Source: Methanobacteriota archaeon (GTDB taxonomy: Archaea; Thermoplasmatota; Thermoplasmata; RBG-16-68-12). Taken from it: a stretch of 60,227 nt of DNA. Below, one piece after another: positions 33,959 to 43,780 of the stretch (positions within the stretch are counted from its first letter, which is position 1; the number at the start of each line of letters is the position of its first letter). The notes under the pieces were generated by a model. The model was not told the DNA's origin. It worked only from the letters and a program-made list of their open reading frames with translations, and searched no databases. Both the position numbers and the translations under genes were made by a program. The DNA is taken from NCBI GenBank assembly GCA_005878985.1, contig VBMA01000076.1, positions 1-60,227 on the forward strand, read 5' to 3'.

Positions 33959-36360
33959 GGGACGATGCGGAGGTCGAAGCCGCCGCGGTCTCGAATCTGG
34001 AGCCTGCACCGGGCCCGGAGGGATTCGTCCTCGAGGAGATCGAGATGCGCGGGTTCATGCGGTATCTCGAGAAGACGGTCCCACCGCTCCGGTTTCCGGA
34101 GAAATACACGGTGATCACGGGCCGCACGGGTGCAGGGAAATCGTCGATCTTGGACGCGATCACGTTCGCCCTGTACGGCAAGACGACGCGGACGGACATC
34201 CAGAGCGTGAAGCTCGCGGACGTGTGCCGACCGAACGGTTACGTCCGCGTGGCGTTCCGGCAGGGGGACGAGCGCTGGGAAGTCACCCGCGGCTTCACGA
34301 CCAAGAAGGAATCGTACCTCGAGCTCACGCGGGACGGCGAGGCGGTTCAGGGGACGATCCCGGACAAAGAGAAGACGATCCGCGACGTGGTCGGTCTCGA
34401 CTACGACGGATTCCGGAACTCGACCTTTGTCCGCCAGGAGGAGATGAAGGAGCTGGGGGCCGCGAGCGGGGCGCAGCGACTCGCGGTGTTCCAGAAGCTC
34501 TTTCGTCTCGAGATCTTCGAACAGGCCCTGGAGCGAGCGAAGGAACGATTCACGTCGGTCAAGAGCGACATCCAAGCGAAGGAGGCCGAGATCGCCGCGC
34601 GGGAAGAGGCGCTCGGCCGCCTGCCCGGACTCCAGGAACAATTGGAAGGCTTGGACCAGGAGTGCAGAGGGCGCGGAGCCCGGGTCGCGGAACTCCAGGC
34701 CGCCTTCGAATCCGGCTCCACCGAAATGAAGGACCTCGAGGCGAAGCACGAGCGATGGGTGCGGTCGTCGGCGGCCCTCGAGGACCGAACGACCCGGCTG
34801 AGGGCCCTCGAGGCCCGCGAGACGGAGGTCCGAGACCAAGGTCAGATCGCCGCGAAACTCGAGCCGGAACGAGCCGCCCTCGAGCGCGAAATCGAGGACC
34901 TGGATCGCTTGCGGGAGGAGACGGACCGGCTGAAAGAGACGAAGGCGGTCCACGCGCAGCGGGAAACCGCGGCCCGGGCGGCTGGGCGGGAGTTCGACCT
35001 CGCGAAGCGCGAGCACGAGAAGCGACGCGACGAGACGAAGAACCGGATCGACGAGCTGCACCGAAAAATCGCTTCACTCCGGACCGACATCGACCGGGAG
35101 ACTGCGTTCAGTTCCCTCCGGGACGAAGGACGACTGGAGGAGCGCGTGACGCGAATCGCGCGGGAACTGGAATGGCTCGCGGACCGCGCTAAGCTGGTTC
35201 GGGAACTGAGCGAGGAACAGGCGCGCGCCGAGAAGGCCCTCGCCCGGGTCCATGAGAAGGTCGCCTCAATCGATCAGGACTCGTTCGTGCTGACGGAGTA
35301 CAAACGGCAGCTCGAGCAGCTGAAGGACGACCTCCGACGGGAGGCGGACGACAGCCATCGGCTCCTCCAGCCCCTCGACGACGCAAAGATCGAGGCGCTG
35401 CGCCAGCTCGATGCGGTCCCATTCACGGAGCAGGACGAAAAGCGCCTGAACGTCGTCGGCGCGTCCGTCCTCGAAAAGGCCGGGAAACGGAAGCGGCTCG
35501 ACGAACTCGCGGTCCTGTTGCGGCAGGTCGGCGACGTGAGCGCGCGGCTCGCGGACCTCGCGGCGCAACGCGCGGCCCTCCAAACGGAACGGATGGCTCT
35601 CGAAACTGAGGTTGCCGGACTTCGATCGTCGGAGGAGGCGTTCGGCTCGGCGAAGGCGAAGCTCGAGGTCCTGCAGAAAGAACTCGATGCGGAGCGGAAG
35701 GCGTGGCACCTCCTCGAAGGACAAGCGACGACGCTGAAGGAACAGATCGCCGGCCTCGAAGCGGACGCGAAGAAGCTGCAAGAGTCGGAACGGCAACGGG
35801 AAGCGCTTCGCGGCGACCTCGAGATCTACGATGTCTTGGTGAACCGCGTATTCCACAAGCGGGGCGTCGTGATGTACGCGGTCGATCAACTCCTGCCGGA
35901 ACTGGAGATCGAGGCGTCGAAGAACCTCTCCGAGCTCACGGACGGCCGGTTCGGTCGGATCCGCCTCGAGACGTACGAGGAGGGCCGGGGCCACGGAATC
36001 CGCATCCTGGTTCAGGGGGTCGACGGACAGTGGCACGATGTCGCAGAATTCAGCGGCGGGGAGAAGACGCAGATCAATGCCGCCCTTCGATTCGCGATCG
36101 CTCGGGAACTCGCCTCGATGCCACAGATCGGCCGCGCGTTCGGTCGGATGAAGACCCTGTTCATCGACGAAGGGGATCTCGGCTCCCTCGACACGGAGAT
36201 CTCGCGGGAACTCTTCGTCCAGAAGTTGCTGCGGATGGGGGAGGTCTTCGAGAAAGTGGTCCTGATCACGCACCTCGCCGAGATCGCGGAGCGGTTCCCC
36301 GGTCGGATCCGAGTGACGATGACCCCGAGTCAGGAGTCGCACGCGGAAGTCCTGTCCTGA
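33955..36360 (+). CDS. rad50: Rad50 ATPase (no zinc hook detected)
   Basis: The GTG start overlaps the mre11 stop codon (GTGA). Walker A GRTGAGKSS, Q-loop FVRQEE, long coiled coil, signature FSGGEKTQ, Walker B LFIDEGD. The ORF-track extension back to 32893 is an out-of-frame overlap with mre11. Confidence 0.9.
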   Translation: MRDDAEVEAAAVSNLEPAPGPEGFVLEEIEMRGFMRYLEKTVPPLRFPEKYTVITGRTGAGKSSILDAITFALYGKTTRTDIQSVKLADVCRPNGYVRVAFRQGDERWEVTRGFTTKKESYLELTRDGEAVQGTIPDKEKTIRDVVGLDYDGFRNSTFVRQEEMKELGAASGAQRLAVFQKLFRLEIFEQALERAKERFTSVKSDIQAKEAEIAAREEALGRLPGLQEQLEGLDQECRGRGARVAELQAAFESGSTEMKDLEAKHERWVRSSAALEDRTTRLRALEARETEVRDQGQIAAKLEPERAALEREIEDLDRLREETDRLKETKAVHAQRETAARAAGREFDLAKREHEKRRDETKNRIDELHRKIASLRTDIDRETAFSSLRDEGRLEERVTRIARELEWLADRAKLVRELSEEQARAEKALARVHEKVASIDQDSFVLTEYKRQLEQLKDDLRREADDSHRLLQPLDDAKIEALRQLDAVPFTEQDEKRLNVVGASVLEKAGKRKRLDELAVLLRQVGDVSARLADLAAQRAALQTERMALETEVAGLRSSEEAFGSAKAKLEVLQKELDAERKAWHLLEGQATTLKEQIAGLEADAKKLQESERQREALRGDLEIYDVLVNRVFHKRGVVMYAVDQLLPELEIEASKNLSELTDGRFGRIRLETYEEGRGHGIRILVQGVDGQWHDVAEFSGGEKTQINAALRFAIARELASMPQIGRAFGRMKTLFIDEGDLGSLDTEISRELFVQKLLRMGEVFEKVVLITHLAEIAERFPGRIRVTMTPSQESHAEVLS

Positions 36361-36812
36361 CGGGCCATGGAGATGCGGGTGGCCTTCATAGATTCGTCCG
36401 GTCAGCGACTAGTGCGACGAATGCCTCATGACCGGTGGGGACGGTCCTCCAGAACCTGGAGAGATTGACTCCGGGAACGGAGGATCGCCGGCCAATTGAC
36501 TCTTGTTCCGTCCATAGTCTCCGGGGCCCGCCGTAGGTGCCAGAGGAGAGGTTGACCATTTCGATTCGGCTTCCTCGGTCCGGGGTAGGCGTCTCCTTTC
36601 GTCTCGGCCTTGATCTCACCTACCCCTCCCCATGTTGCCGCGAGTCCGAAGCGGTCGCGCGTCGGCTCGTGCGTAGTGTTGCAGGGGTGTTCGGCATCCT
36701 TATATGCCGTCCCGCGCCCTCTTTGGCGCTTGAGGGTTGCCCTCTGGTCCGAAGGGATGACACGGGAGAGGCTCCGGACCCGGAGCGCCCCCGCGTCAGC
36801 TACGTCGACGAC

Positions 36813-37826
36813 ATGCGACGGGAACTCGAGCTGCTCGTGAATCATCACCGAGACGTCCCGCTCCCGCCGGAAGAGGTCCCCGATTTCCGCACCTTCCGAT
36901 GCGCCGACCCCGCGAAGGACATGATCGCGGTCGATGGCTCCTATTCGTTCCTCCTCAACCTCTCGAGCTGGTGGCTCGCCCTGATTTCGGTCGGCCTGTT
37001 GCGCTATGCGTTCGACGGGACGGCCTTCCGGCGGAAGGACTGGCGGCTCGTGCAGCGTATGGTCGGGGTGTCGACGTTCGCGGAGTTCGTCGCGACCCAG
37101 GACGAACTCCACCGTTCTCTCTTCGAGTTCACGAAAGACCGACGCGAGGAACAGCCGCGGGACATGGTGAACGAATACCGCCGGCTGATCGAGGGCCAGA
37201 CGGCCATCAACTTCGCGGACGACCTCGAGGGCTGTATCGTCGCGGTCGATGGCACGCTGTCGGAATTTCCGAAGCAGTTTTCCGTGATGGAGCGACTCGT
37301 CGAGGTGTGTGAGAAGCGCGGACACCTCCTGGTCGGCATCTCGAAGGACAGTCAGCTCCACGCGTTCGGACACGTCCTGACGGACGAGGAACTGATGGCC
37401 CGGTGTCAGGACCGGCTGCCTCCCGACGCCCTCGCGTATGCTCGTGCCCCGAAGGCCGCGGAGGCGGAGAAAGAGGGCCTCCTGTACGGCGACATCTATT
37501 ATGCCCGATTGCATCCACGCGCGAGGAAGTGGTTCCGGGTGGACCTCGGGACGTTCCGCGACCGGCCGGACGAGGCGTTCGGACAACTCTCGTCGTACGG
37601 CAAGAGCCTCGTGTCCGTCGGGTATCCGTGGCCCCTCATCGAGGCGCACCGCATGGCGGTCACGGTCCGGCAGCTCAAGCCCGTGTACCAGGAGAGCGTG
37701 ATGAAGATGGCGCTGCGGATGGGACTCGACGTGCGCACGATCTTGGACGGACTCACGCAGGTCGAGGGACGGAAGCGGAGCGCGTTCCACGAGTACCTCG
37801 ACAAGGTCGCGAGGGACCTGCGATGA
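36813..37826 (+). CDS. nurA: NurA 5'-3' nuclease
   Basis: MIAVDGSYSFLL (catalytic Asp motif) and IVAVDGTLSEFP. An alternative TTG start at 36723 lies 18 nt after TTATAT (36700-36705). Confidence 0.8.
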   Translation: MRRELELLVNHHRDVPLPPEEVPDFRTFRCADPAKDMIAVDGSYSFLLNLSSWWLALISVGLLRYAFDGTAFRRKDWRLVQRMVGVSTFAEFVATQDELHRSLFEFTKDRREEQPRDMVNEYRRLIEGQTAINFADDLEGCIVAVDGTLSEFPKQFSVMERLVEVCEKRGHLLVGISKDSQLHAFGHVLTDEELMARCQDRLPPDALAYARAPKAAEAEKEGLLYGDIYYARLHPRARKWFRVDLGTFRDRPDEAFGQLSSYGKSLVSVGYPWPLIEAHRMAVTVRQLKPVYQESVMKMALRMGLDVRTILDGLTQVEGRKRSAFHEYLDKVARDLR

Positions 37827-39376
37827 AAATCGGTGAGATCGTCGCCGCGTCCGTGATCGACGGCCTCGTCGCGAAGCTCCAGCTCGGGAATCCCGAGGAA
37901 CTGAAGATCGCGTTCCCGGTCATCGTCGAGGGCGCGCGGTACGATTTCTATTGCTTGGTCGAGGACGTCCTGAACGAAGAGAGCGACATCGCCGACCAGC
38001 TCGCCGGCTCGACGATCGCCGACGTGATCGTGCCCCGACCGGAGACGCACGAGGGGTACGGCGGACCGATCTTCTACAGCAAGGCGAAGCTCCGGATGAT
38101 TCAGCTAGTGGACCGGCAGACGAAGAAGCTCAGCGAGCCGCAGACGATCCCGCCGTACTTCTCCTCGTGCCGACATGCGACGCGGGACGACGTGGAACGA
38201 ATCTACGAGGTTACGGACACCTCGGCGACGCTCGGCACCATCACCGGCGTCGAACCGTTCCACGTGCAGCTCGACATGAAGAAACTCGTCGAGAAGCCGT
38301 TCGCGATCTTCGGTCGGACCGGCACGGGCAAGTCGATCCTGAACAAGCTCGTGTGCGCCGGGATCCTCTCGAAGGACGTCGGATCCGTCCTGATCTTCGA
38401 CATGCACAGCGAGTACGGCGTGTTCAGCGCGACCGATAAGACAGAGGGCCTGAAGTTCTTCTTCCCCGGGAAGGTCGAGATCTTCTCCCTAGACCCGAAG
38501 AACCGCGAGGCCAAGCCGTTCGTCCTCGACACCGGCGAGATCACGCCGGAAGACCTCATCGTCGCCTTGCAGGACCTGACCGCGCCCATGGTCGACACGC
38601 TCTATGAGATCGCGAAGAGCCGCGGAGGCCGGGACCTCATCTCCGCCGTGAAGGACGCGACGATGGAGATGCTCGGATCGGAGCGGGCCCACGAGATGAC
38701 CCTCCAAGGTCTGAAACGACGGATCGGCCGGCTCGATCGGCTCCCGTTCCTGAAGGCGATGACGCAGGCCAAGGACGCGTTCGCCTACATCCTCGGCGCG
38801 ATCCGCGACGGGAAGAGCGTCGTCCTCGACTTCGGGGACTACGGGACGGACCAGATGGTCTACCTGTTCGTCGCGAACATCCTCTCCCGCCGTCTGTTCG
38901 AGCTGTACACGGAGCGGAACGAGGAGTACCCGCGGCTCGTGTTGTTCCTCGAGGAGGCCCACAAGTTCCTCAGTCCCGAGATCGCGCCCTACGCGCACAC
39001 TTTCAGCCGCCTGGCCCGCGAAACGCGGAAGTTCAATCTCATCCTGGCCCTCGTCGACCAGCGACCGTCCCGCATCTCCGACGAGGTGCGCAGTCAGCTC
39101 GCGAACCGTCTCGTGATGTCCCTCAAGGAACCGTCGGACGTCGAGGCGGCCCTCGCCGGCGTCCCGGACAAGAAGATGTGGGAGAACATCATCGCGAAGC
39201 TCCCCTTGCGGACCGTTGCCGTCATCGGCGACGCGATCCGCATCCCCACGGTCATCGACGTCCTGAGCTACGACGACCTGAACGTCCGCGAGCACGTCCT
39301 CGGCGGCGGAATCCTCGATGAAGACACCGTCCGGGAAATCGCCAAGCGGGCGGACGACGTCTTTGGGCGTGGATAA
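37823..39376 (+). CDS. herA: HerA hexameric DNA helicase/translocase
   Basis: The ATG overlaps the nurA stop codon (ATGA). MKIGEIVAASVIDGLVAKL (HAS barrel), Walker A FGRTGTGKS, LVLFLEEAHKF, LALVDQRPS. Confidence 0.9.
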   Translation: MKIGEIVAASVIDGLVAKLQLGNPEELKIAFPVIVEGARYDFYCLVEDVLNEESDIADQLAGSTIADVIVPRPETHEGYGGPIFYSKAKLRMIQLVDRQTKKLSEPQTIPPYFSSCRHATRDDVERIYEVTDTSATLGTITGVEPFHVQLDMKKLVEKPFAIFGRTGTGKSILNKLVCAGILSKDVGSVLIFDMHSEYGVFSATDKTEGLKFFFPGKVEIFSLDPKNREAKPFVLDTGEITPEDLIVALQDLTAPMVDTLYEIAKSRGGRDLISAVKDATMEMLGSERAHEMTLQGLKRRIGRLDRLPFLKAMTQAKDAFAYILGAIRDGKSVVLDFGDYGTDQMVYLFVANILSRRLFELYTERNEEYPRLVLFLEEAHKFLSPEIAPYAHTFSRLARETRKFNLILALVDQRPSRISDEVRSQLANRLVMSLKEPSDVEAALAGVPDKKMWENIIAKLPLRTVAVIGDAIRIPTVIDVLSYDDLNVREHVLGGGILDEDTVREIAKRADDVFGRG

Positions 39377-39418
39377 TCGAAGACCCTCCAATGAGATCGG
39401 AGAACGCCCGCGCTGTCT

Positions 39419-39426
39419 TTTTATAG
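39419..39426 (+). promoter_or_regulatory. TTTTATAG TATA box; the T5 run probably also acts as the herA terminator
   Basis: It lies 22 nt upstream of the ATG at 39448 and 40 nt downstream of the herA stop codon. Confidence 0.45.
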
Positions 39427-39447
39427 TGTGAGCCGAATCGACACGCG

Positions 39448-40077
39448 ATGGCGGCGCTCCCCTCGATCATCACCTCACCGGAGATCCGATACCTCGTCGC
39501 GGGGGTCCTCATCCTCACGGGCCTCGCCCTCGGGTTCTGGGGCCACGGTCTCTGGGCGACTGTGATGTCCATGATCGGAGCCCTACTCGGCGCCGTGGTC
39601 GGCTACCTCTTCGGCGCCGCCCTGGGCGGCGATCTCGCCGGGCTCATCCTGGCGATTGTCGGCGCGGTGATCGGTAGCATCTTGTTCACGAAACTCGTGA
39701 AAGTGGCCTTGGCGTTCCTCGTCGGCCTCCTCGCCGGGGCGGCGGTCTACGGAGTCCTCGGCGGCCGGGCCCAGTTCACGGCGGGGCAGTTGGACGCGCC
39801 CTTGATCGCGGCGATCCTCGTCCTCATCATCGTCTTCGGCATCTCGTACTACTACGTCGACGATATCATCGGGATCATCACGGCCGCGATCGGTGGACTC
39901 CTCCTCGCGCTCGGCCTGTACCTCTTGCAGGTCGTGTCAACCCTCACCGCCGCGCTGGCCGGTCTGGGGGTGTTCGTCCTGGGCGCGTTCTTGCAGACCG
40001 CCGCGCTCCGTCGGAAGCGCCGGGCCCGTGCGGCCGCGGCTGCCGCGGCGAGTCCCCCGCCCCCGCCGTCGAATTAG
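39448..40077 (+). CDS. Gly/Ala-rich multi-pass membrane protein
   Basis: Five to six hydrophobic helices with GxxxG repeats. The tail is RRKRRARAAAAAAASPPPPPSN. Confidence 0.7.
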   Translation: MAALPSIITSPEIRYLVAGVLILTGLALGFWGHGLWATVMSMIGALLGAVVGYLFGAALGGDLAGLILAIVGAVIGSILFTKLVKVALAFLVGLLAGAAVYGVLGGRAQFTAGQLDAPLIAAILVLIIVFGISYYYVDDIIGIITAAIGGLLLALGLYLLQVVSTLTAALAGLGVFVLGAFLQTAALRRKRRARAAAAAAASPPPPPSN

Positions 40078-40164
40078 GGCTCCCGTCACTCGAGGGCATC
40101 TCATTCAACCTTAAACAAGGTTAACCGCGAGGTTCATGCATGGGCGCTCGCGTGGTCCTCCCGG

Positions 40165-40608
40165 ATGAAGTTCCGCGTGGATCGCAAGTCGCCGTTCCCG
40201 CGAGACGCGGTCTTCGCGTGGTGGACGGATTTTCGAGAGGACGACCACCGCCACCCCGGATCTCCCGCGGACAGCACGCGAACCATCCTGGGGCGGACCG
40301 GGGACGAGGTGTGGTTACGGGACCGTGCGACGCGACCGATGCGGGTCACGATCGATGAGCGTGTGATCCTCAACCCGCCTCTCGGGTACGCGGTCGATGC
40401 GCGTTATCCTGCCGCGGACGTCCAGTACACGTACCGATTCGATGCGGAGGGCGACGGTACCCGCGTCACGCTCGACGTAGACGTGCGACCGAGGCACATC
40501 GGTTGGATCCTGATCCCGCTCGCAACCCCGTGGTGGCGGCGCTACACGGAGCGGGACCTGGACTTCCATCTCAATCAGATGGCACGCGAATTGGGAAGCC
40601 GAACGTGA
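40165..40608 (+). CDS. SRPBCC (START/polyketide-cyclase-like) domain protein
   Basis: MKFRVDRKSPFPRDAVFAWWTDF..YTYRFDAEGDGTRVTLDVDV pattern and a length of about 147 aa. Confidence 0.65.
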   Translation: MKFRVDRKSPFPRDAVFAWWTDFREDDHRHPGSPADSTRTILGRTGDEVWLRDRATRPMRVTIDERVILNPPLGYAVDARYPAADVQYTYRFDAEGDGTRVTLDVDVRPRHIGWILIPLATPWWRRYTERDLDFHLNQMARELGSRT

Positions 40609-40617
40609 TGGTGACTA

Positions 40618-40875
40618 CTAAGTCCCCGGGGCTCGCCCTTGCACGACTTCATGGATCCACTGGACGAGCTTCCGATACGCCTCGTGCCCCTTCGGAGTCA
40701 GGGTGACGCGTTCGTGTCCGTCCGATGCATTTTCCAACGAGACGAGCCCGCGCCCCGCCATCCACTCCAAGTACCGGCTAAACACGTCGTAATTCACGTT
40801 AGCGGCGACTTGGAGGCGCGTCTTCACCATGGGCAAGTCTTCCCGCCAGAGGCGTTCCAGGAGACGCGCGACCAC
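40618..40875 (-). CDS. winged helix-turn-helix protein
   Basis: KTRLQVAANVNYDVFSRYLEWMAGRGLVSLENASDGHERVTLTPKGHEAYRKL. Confidence 0.7.
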   Translation of the reverse strand: MVARLLERLWREDLPMVKTRLQVAANVNYDVFSRYLEWMAGRGLVSLENASDGHERVTLTPKGHEAYRKLVQWIHEVVQGRAPGT

Positions 40876-40917
40876 ATACAGGTCGGGCCGGTCACCGTGC
40901 GATCCGCCGGCCAGACG

Positions 40918-42150
40918 TCACATCTCCTCGAGGAATCGGTCCATTCGCGCGCGCAAGGCTTGGACATGCGCGTCCCAGGCCGACTTGGAGTCGGCGAGGC
41001 GCGCGTCCTCTCGCCGTCGCCAGCGATACCAGATCCACGCGGTGATCCCCGCAAGGATAGCGGCGAGGCCCGCCCAGATCGGGACGACGGAAAGAGTCCC
41101 GAACAGCGCAGCATAGAGAGCGTTGACAATCATCGAAGCACAAAACGCGGTGAGGACGAGGACGACGAACGCGATCCCCGGATCGGCGCTCAGACCGGCC
41201 TTGCGCTGCGCGTCGAGCCAGTCCGGGACTTGGGTCGATGCGTCGAGGAGCAGTTCGAAGCTGCTCGCTGACCCCGGCTCGGGAGACGTTCGGGCCATCT
41301 CTCGGCCCATCGCGTCGCCCAGGCGATCCTTCCAATCGCGGTATCGCGAGATTCGCGGGCCGTATCGTCGTCGCATCGCCGCGAGCAACGCGCCTCCGGT
41401 GAGGAAGGCCGCGCTCGTCGCGCCAATGATCGGGGTCTCCCAGCGGCCGGTCAGGAGGTTGAGCCCGTTCAACGCGAGGAAGAGCCCGACGAGAAGGACC
41501 GTCCAGAGCACGAACGCGCCGAGCACCACGAGGACGCGGGCGTCCGTGTAGGCTTTTCGCTGGGCTTCGTAGGCCTGCTCCGCCATGTGGAAGCCAAACG
41601 ACAGACTACCGACGAGCAAGCCGCGCACCTGATCGCTGGCCGACGAGGTCGAAGCCCGTGCAGAGGCCGTCATCGCGGACGATCCGCGGACGCGGGCGAA
41701 CCGCCGCGCCCGCCAAGCGAGAGCGACCGTCAGGGCAATCGCGAGCGTGCTTCCGACCCCCGAAACGACGAGGATGGCGAGCAACGCCCACCCTGCGACG
41801 GTCGGACGGACTTGATAGGAGAGCGCCGCGCCGGCCTCCGTGATTCGCGATCGGAAACGAACCGCGGACAGCGCATTCACTTGAGTCGAGACCGCGTCCG
41901 GCGCCGCCGTCATTGACACGCCTGCGGCCCGGAGGGTGGAGGACAACGCCTCCCGGACATCCCCCGGGGATCGAGGGCTCGTGCCGATATCCACTTCCCG
42001 GAGGAAGACCGCCGGGAGGACGGCGAGGGCAGCCTCGATGGGGACCCAAAGGAACCACCATGCAGGGAGATTCAGGAGGAGCGGGATGGCCGCGAACACC
42101 AAGACGGTGAGGAGAATCACCATCCCGTTCTGGTATCGCTCCCCGCGCAT
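40918..42150 (-). CDS. hypothetical polytopic membrane protein
   Basis: Long ORF with about 9 hydrophobic segments. I recognise no motif. Confidence 0.65.
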   Translation of the reverse strand: MRGERYQNGMVILLTVLVFAAIPLLLNLPAWWFLWVPIEAALAVLPAVFLREVDIGTSPRSPGDVREALSSTLRAAGVSMTAAPDAVSTQVNALSAVRFRSRITEAGAALSYQVRPTVAGWALLAILVVSGVGSTLAIALTVALAWRARRFARVRGSSAMTASARASTSSASDQVRGLLVGSLSFGFHMAEQAYEAQRKAYTDARVLVVLGAFVLWTVLLVGLFLALNGLNLLTGRWETPIIGATSAAFLTGGALLAAMRRRYGPRISRYRDWKDRLGDAMGREMARTSPEPGSASSFELLLDASTQVPDWLDAQRKAGLSADPGIAFVVLVLTAFCASMIVNALYAALFGTLSVVPIWAGLAAILAGITAWIWYRWRRREDARLADSKSAWDAHVQALRARMDRFLEEM

Positions 42151-42370
42151 GACGACCTCCTCTCAAGTATCGTCCGGGCAGTTAGAAAGGACTTACTCCG
42201 CGGCGATACGTGCATCTCGGTTGATCATCGCACTTTCACCGACCTCCCCTCCGCCCCCGACTTTATATCGCCATCGCCATCGAATCGCGGGGAGGATCCT
42301 CGCGCTCGCCGCGGAAGCCATCGTCGTCCCGGAGGTCCGCGTCGAGACGCGCCCGGCCCTCACGACGCTC

Positions 42371-43093
42371 GTGCCCACCCTCGATCGGATCCTCGGGTCG
42401 TTCGAGGCAGGCAAAATCACGCTAATCGACAGCGGCTCCGACTTCGTGTTCCATCTGACGACCTTGCTGTCCGTGCGCGCGGTCATGGAGGGCCACGAGG
42501 TCGTCTTCCTCGACGGCGGGAACTCGGTGGACCCGCACGGCATGGTCGCTCTCGGGAAGCGGGCCGCGATGACGCGAGAAGAAATCTTGCCTCGGGTCCA
42601 TGTGGCCCGGGCGTTCACCTGCCACCAGATGACCACGTTAATATTGGATATGCTGGATAAAAAGATCGAGGAGACCCGCGCCGGCCTCGTCGTGCTGGCG
42701 TGCCTGCCGGCGATGTTCCTCGATGAGGACGTCGAGGTGGGCGAGGCGCACCAGCTCTTCCAGCGGTCCATGCGGGCGATCCGCCAGACGGTCGGGGAGC
42801 GGGAGGTCGTCGGCCTGGTGACGAACGCGGGCTTGGCGAAGCTCCATCGCCGCAAGTCGATCCGGCGGCAGCTGTACGAGGGCGCGGACCGCGTGATCCG
42901 CATCGCCCACGGGAAAGGCGGCGTCCTCATCCACCGACTCGACACCGGGACGTCGGAATGGTACGCCGCCGTGCCCCCGGACCAGACGACGATGGACGAC
43001 TTCGCGATCGCGGCCCCACGCATCCCGGCGTTCGGGGTGGCGGGCGGCTCCCGCGAGATCCGGCTGACGGAACACCTGCGACTCGGCTGGTAG
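42371..43093 (+). CDS. RecA/RadB/KaiC-superfamily protein with a degenerate P-loop
   Basis: The C-terminal 240 aa of ORF 41936..43093, with a GTG start at 42371: PTLDRILGSFEAGKITLIDSGSDFVFHLTTLL (no GKT/S), VVFLDGGNS, LVVLACLP. A TATA element TTTATAT lies at 42262-42268. The upstream part of the ORF is antisense to the membrane gene. Confidence 0.55.
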   Translation: MPTLDRILGSFEAGKITLIDSGSDFVFHLTTLLSVRAVMEGHEVVFLDGGNSVDPHGMVALGKRAAMTREEILPRVHVARAFTCHQMTTLILDMLDKKIEETRAGLVVLACLPAMFLDEDVEVGEAHQLFQRSMRAIRQTVGEREVVGLVTNAGLAKLHRRKSIRRQLYEGADRVIRIAHGKGGVLIHRLDTGTSEWYAAVPPDQTTMDDFAIAAPRIPAFGVAGGSREIRLTEHLRLGW

Positions 43094-43095
43094 GT

Positions 43096-43749
43096 TCAGA
43101 GGAGCGCCGCGACCGCGAACCAGACGAGCCAGGCGGCGAACGCCGCGAGGCACACGATCGAGAACACCAGGACCGCCTGATACGTGCGCGCAATCCGACG
43201 CTGGGCCTCGCGCAGGGCGAGCGGGAAGATCGAGATCCACAGGAGGAGTCCCGAGAAGAATCCGACTAGCACCGCGGGACCCAGTTGGTCGATCAGGACG
43301 AGGCCGGCGGTGAGCCACCAGAGGATCGGATAGGGACTCGAGATGTTCACGCTCAAACCGGTCGCGTAGGATTTCGCGTGCTCCTCCGGCTTGGATTCCA
43401 CGATGTCCGCCGCGCGTCGCAAGGCCCGGACCGTGTCCCAGGCGAAGTACGTCATGACGCCGGCCCCTAGGAGGGCGATGATGGGAACCCATCCCTGGAT
43501 GCTCGCGACCGCGGAGTGCGCGACGATGGAAACCGCGAGGAAGATCGTGTCCGCGGTCGTCGCGCCCATGCCGACGAGGAACCCGGCGCGCCACGATCGC
43601 GTGACGGTCTGGGAGGCGATGATCGCGTTCACGGGTCCCGGCGGCGTTGCGAGCGAGAGGCCGATGCCGGTGCCGGCGAGGACCGCCCAGAGAATCTCCA
43701 AGACCACATCGGGGCCATTGCGAGCCTCCGCATGAAAGGCGCGCGGCAA
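43096..43749 (-). CDS. LysE/RhtB family amino-acid exporter
   Basis: GIGLSLATPPGPVNAIIASQ and six transmembrane segments. Confidence 0.8.
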   Translation of the reverse strand: MPRAFHAEARNGPDVVLEILWAVLAGTGIGLSLATPPGPVNAIIASQTVTRSWRAGFLVGMGATTADTIFLAVSIVAHSAVASIQGWVPIIALLGAGVMTYFAWDTVRALRRAADIVESKPEEHAKSYATGLSVNISSPYPILWWLTAGLVLIDQLGPAVLVGFFSGLLLWISIFPLALREAQRRIARTYQAVLVFSIVCLAAFAAWLVWFAVAALL

Positions 43750-43780
43750 ATCTTATACCGGCCGGCCTCTTCGTGCGACC

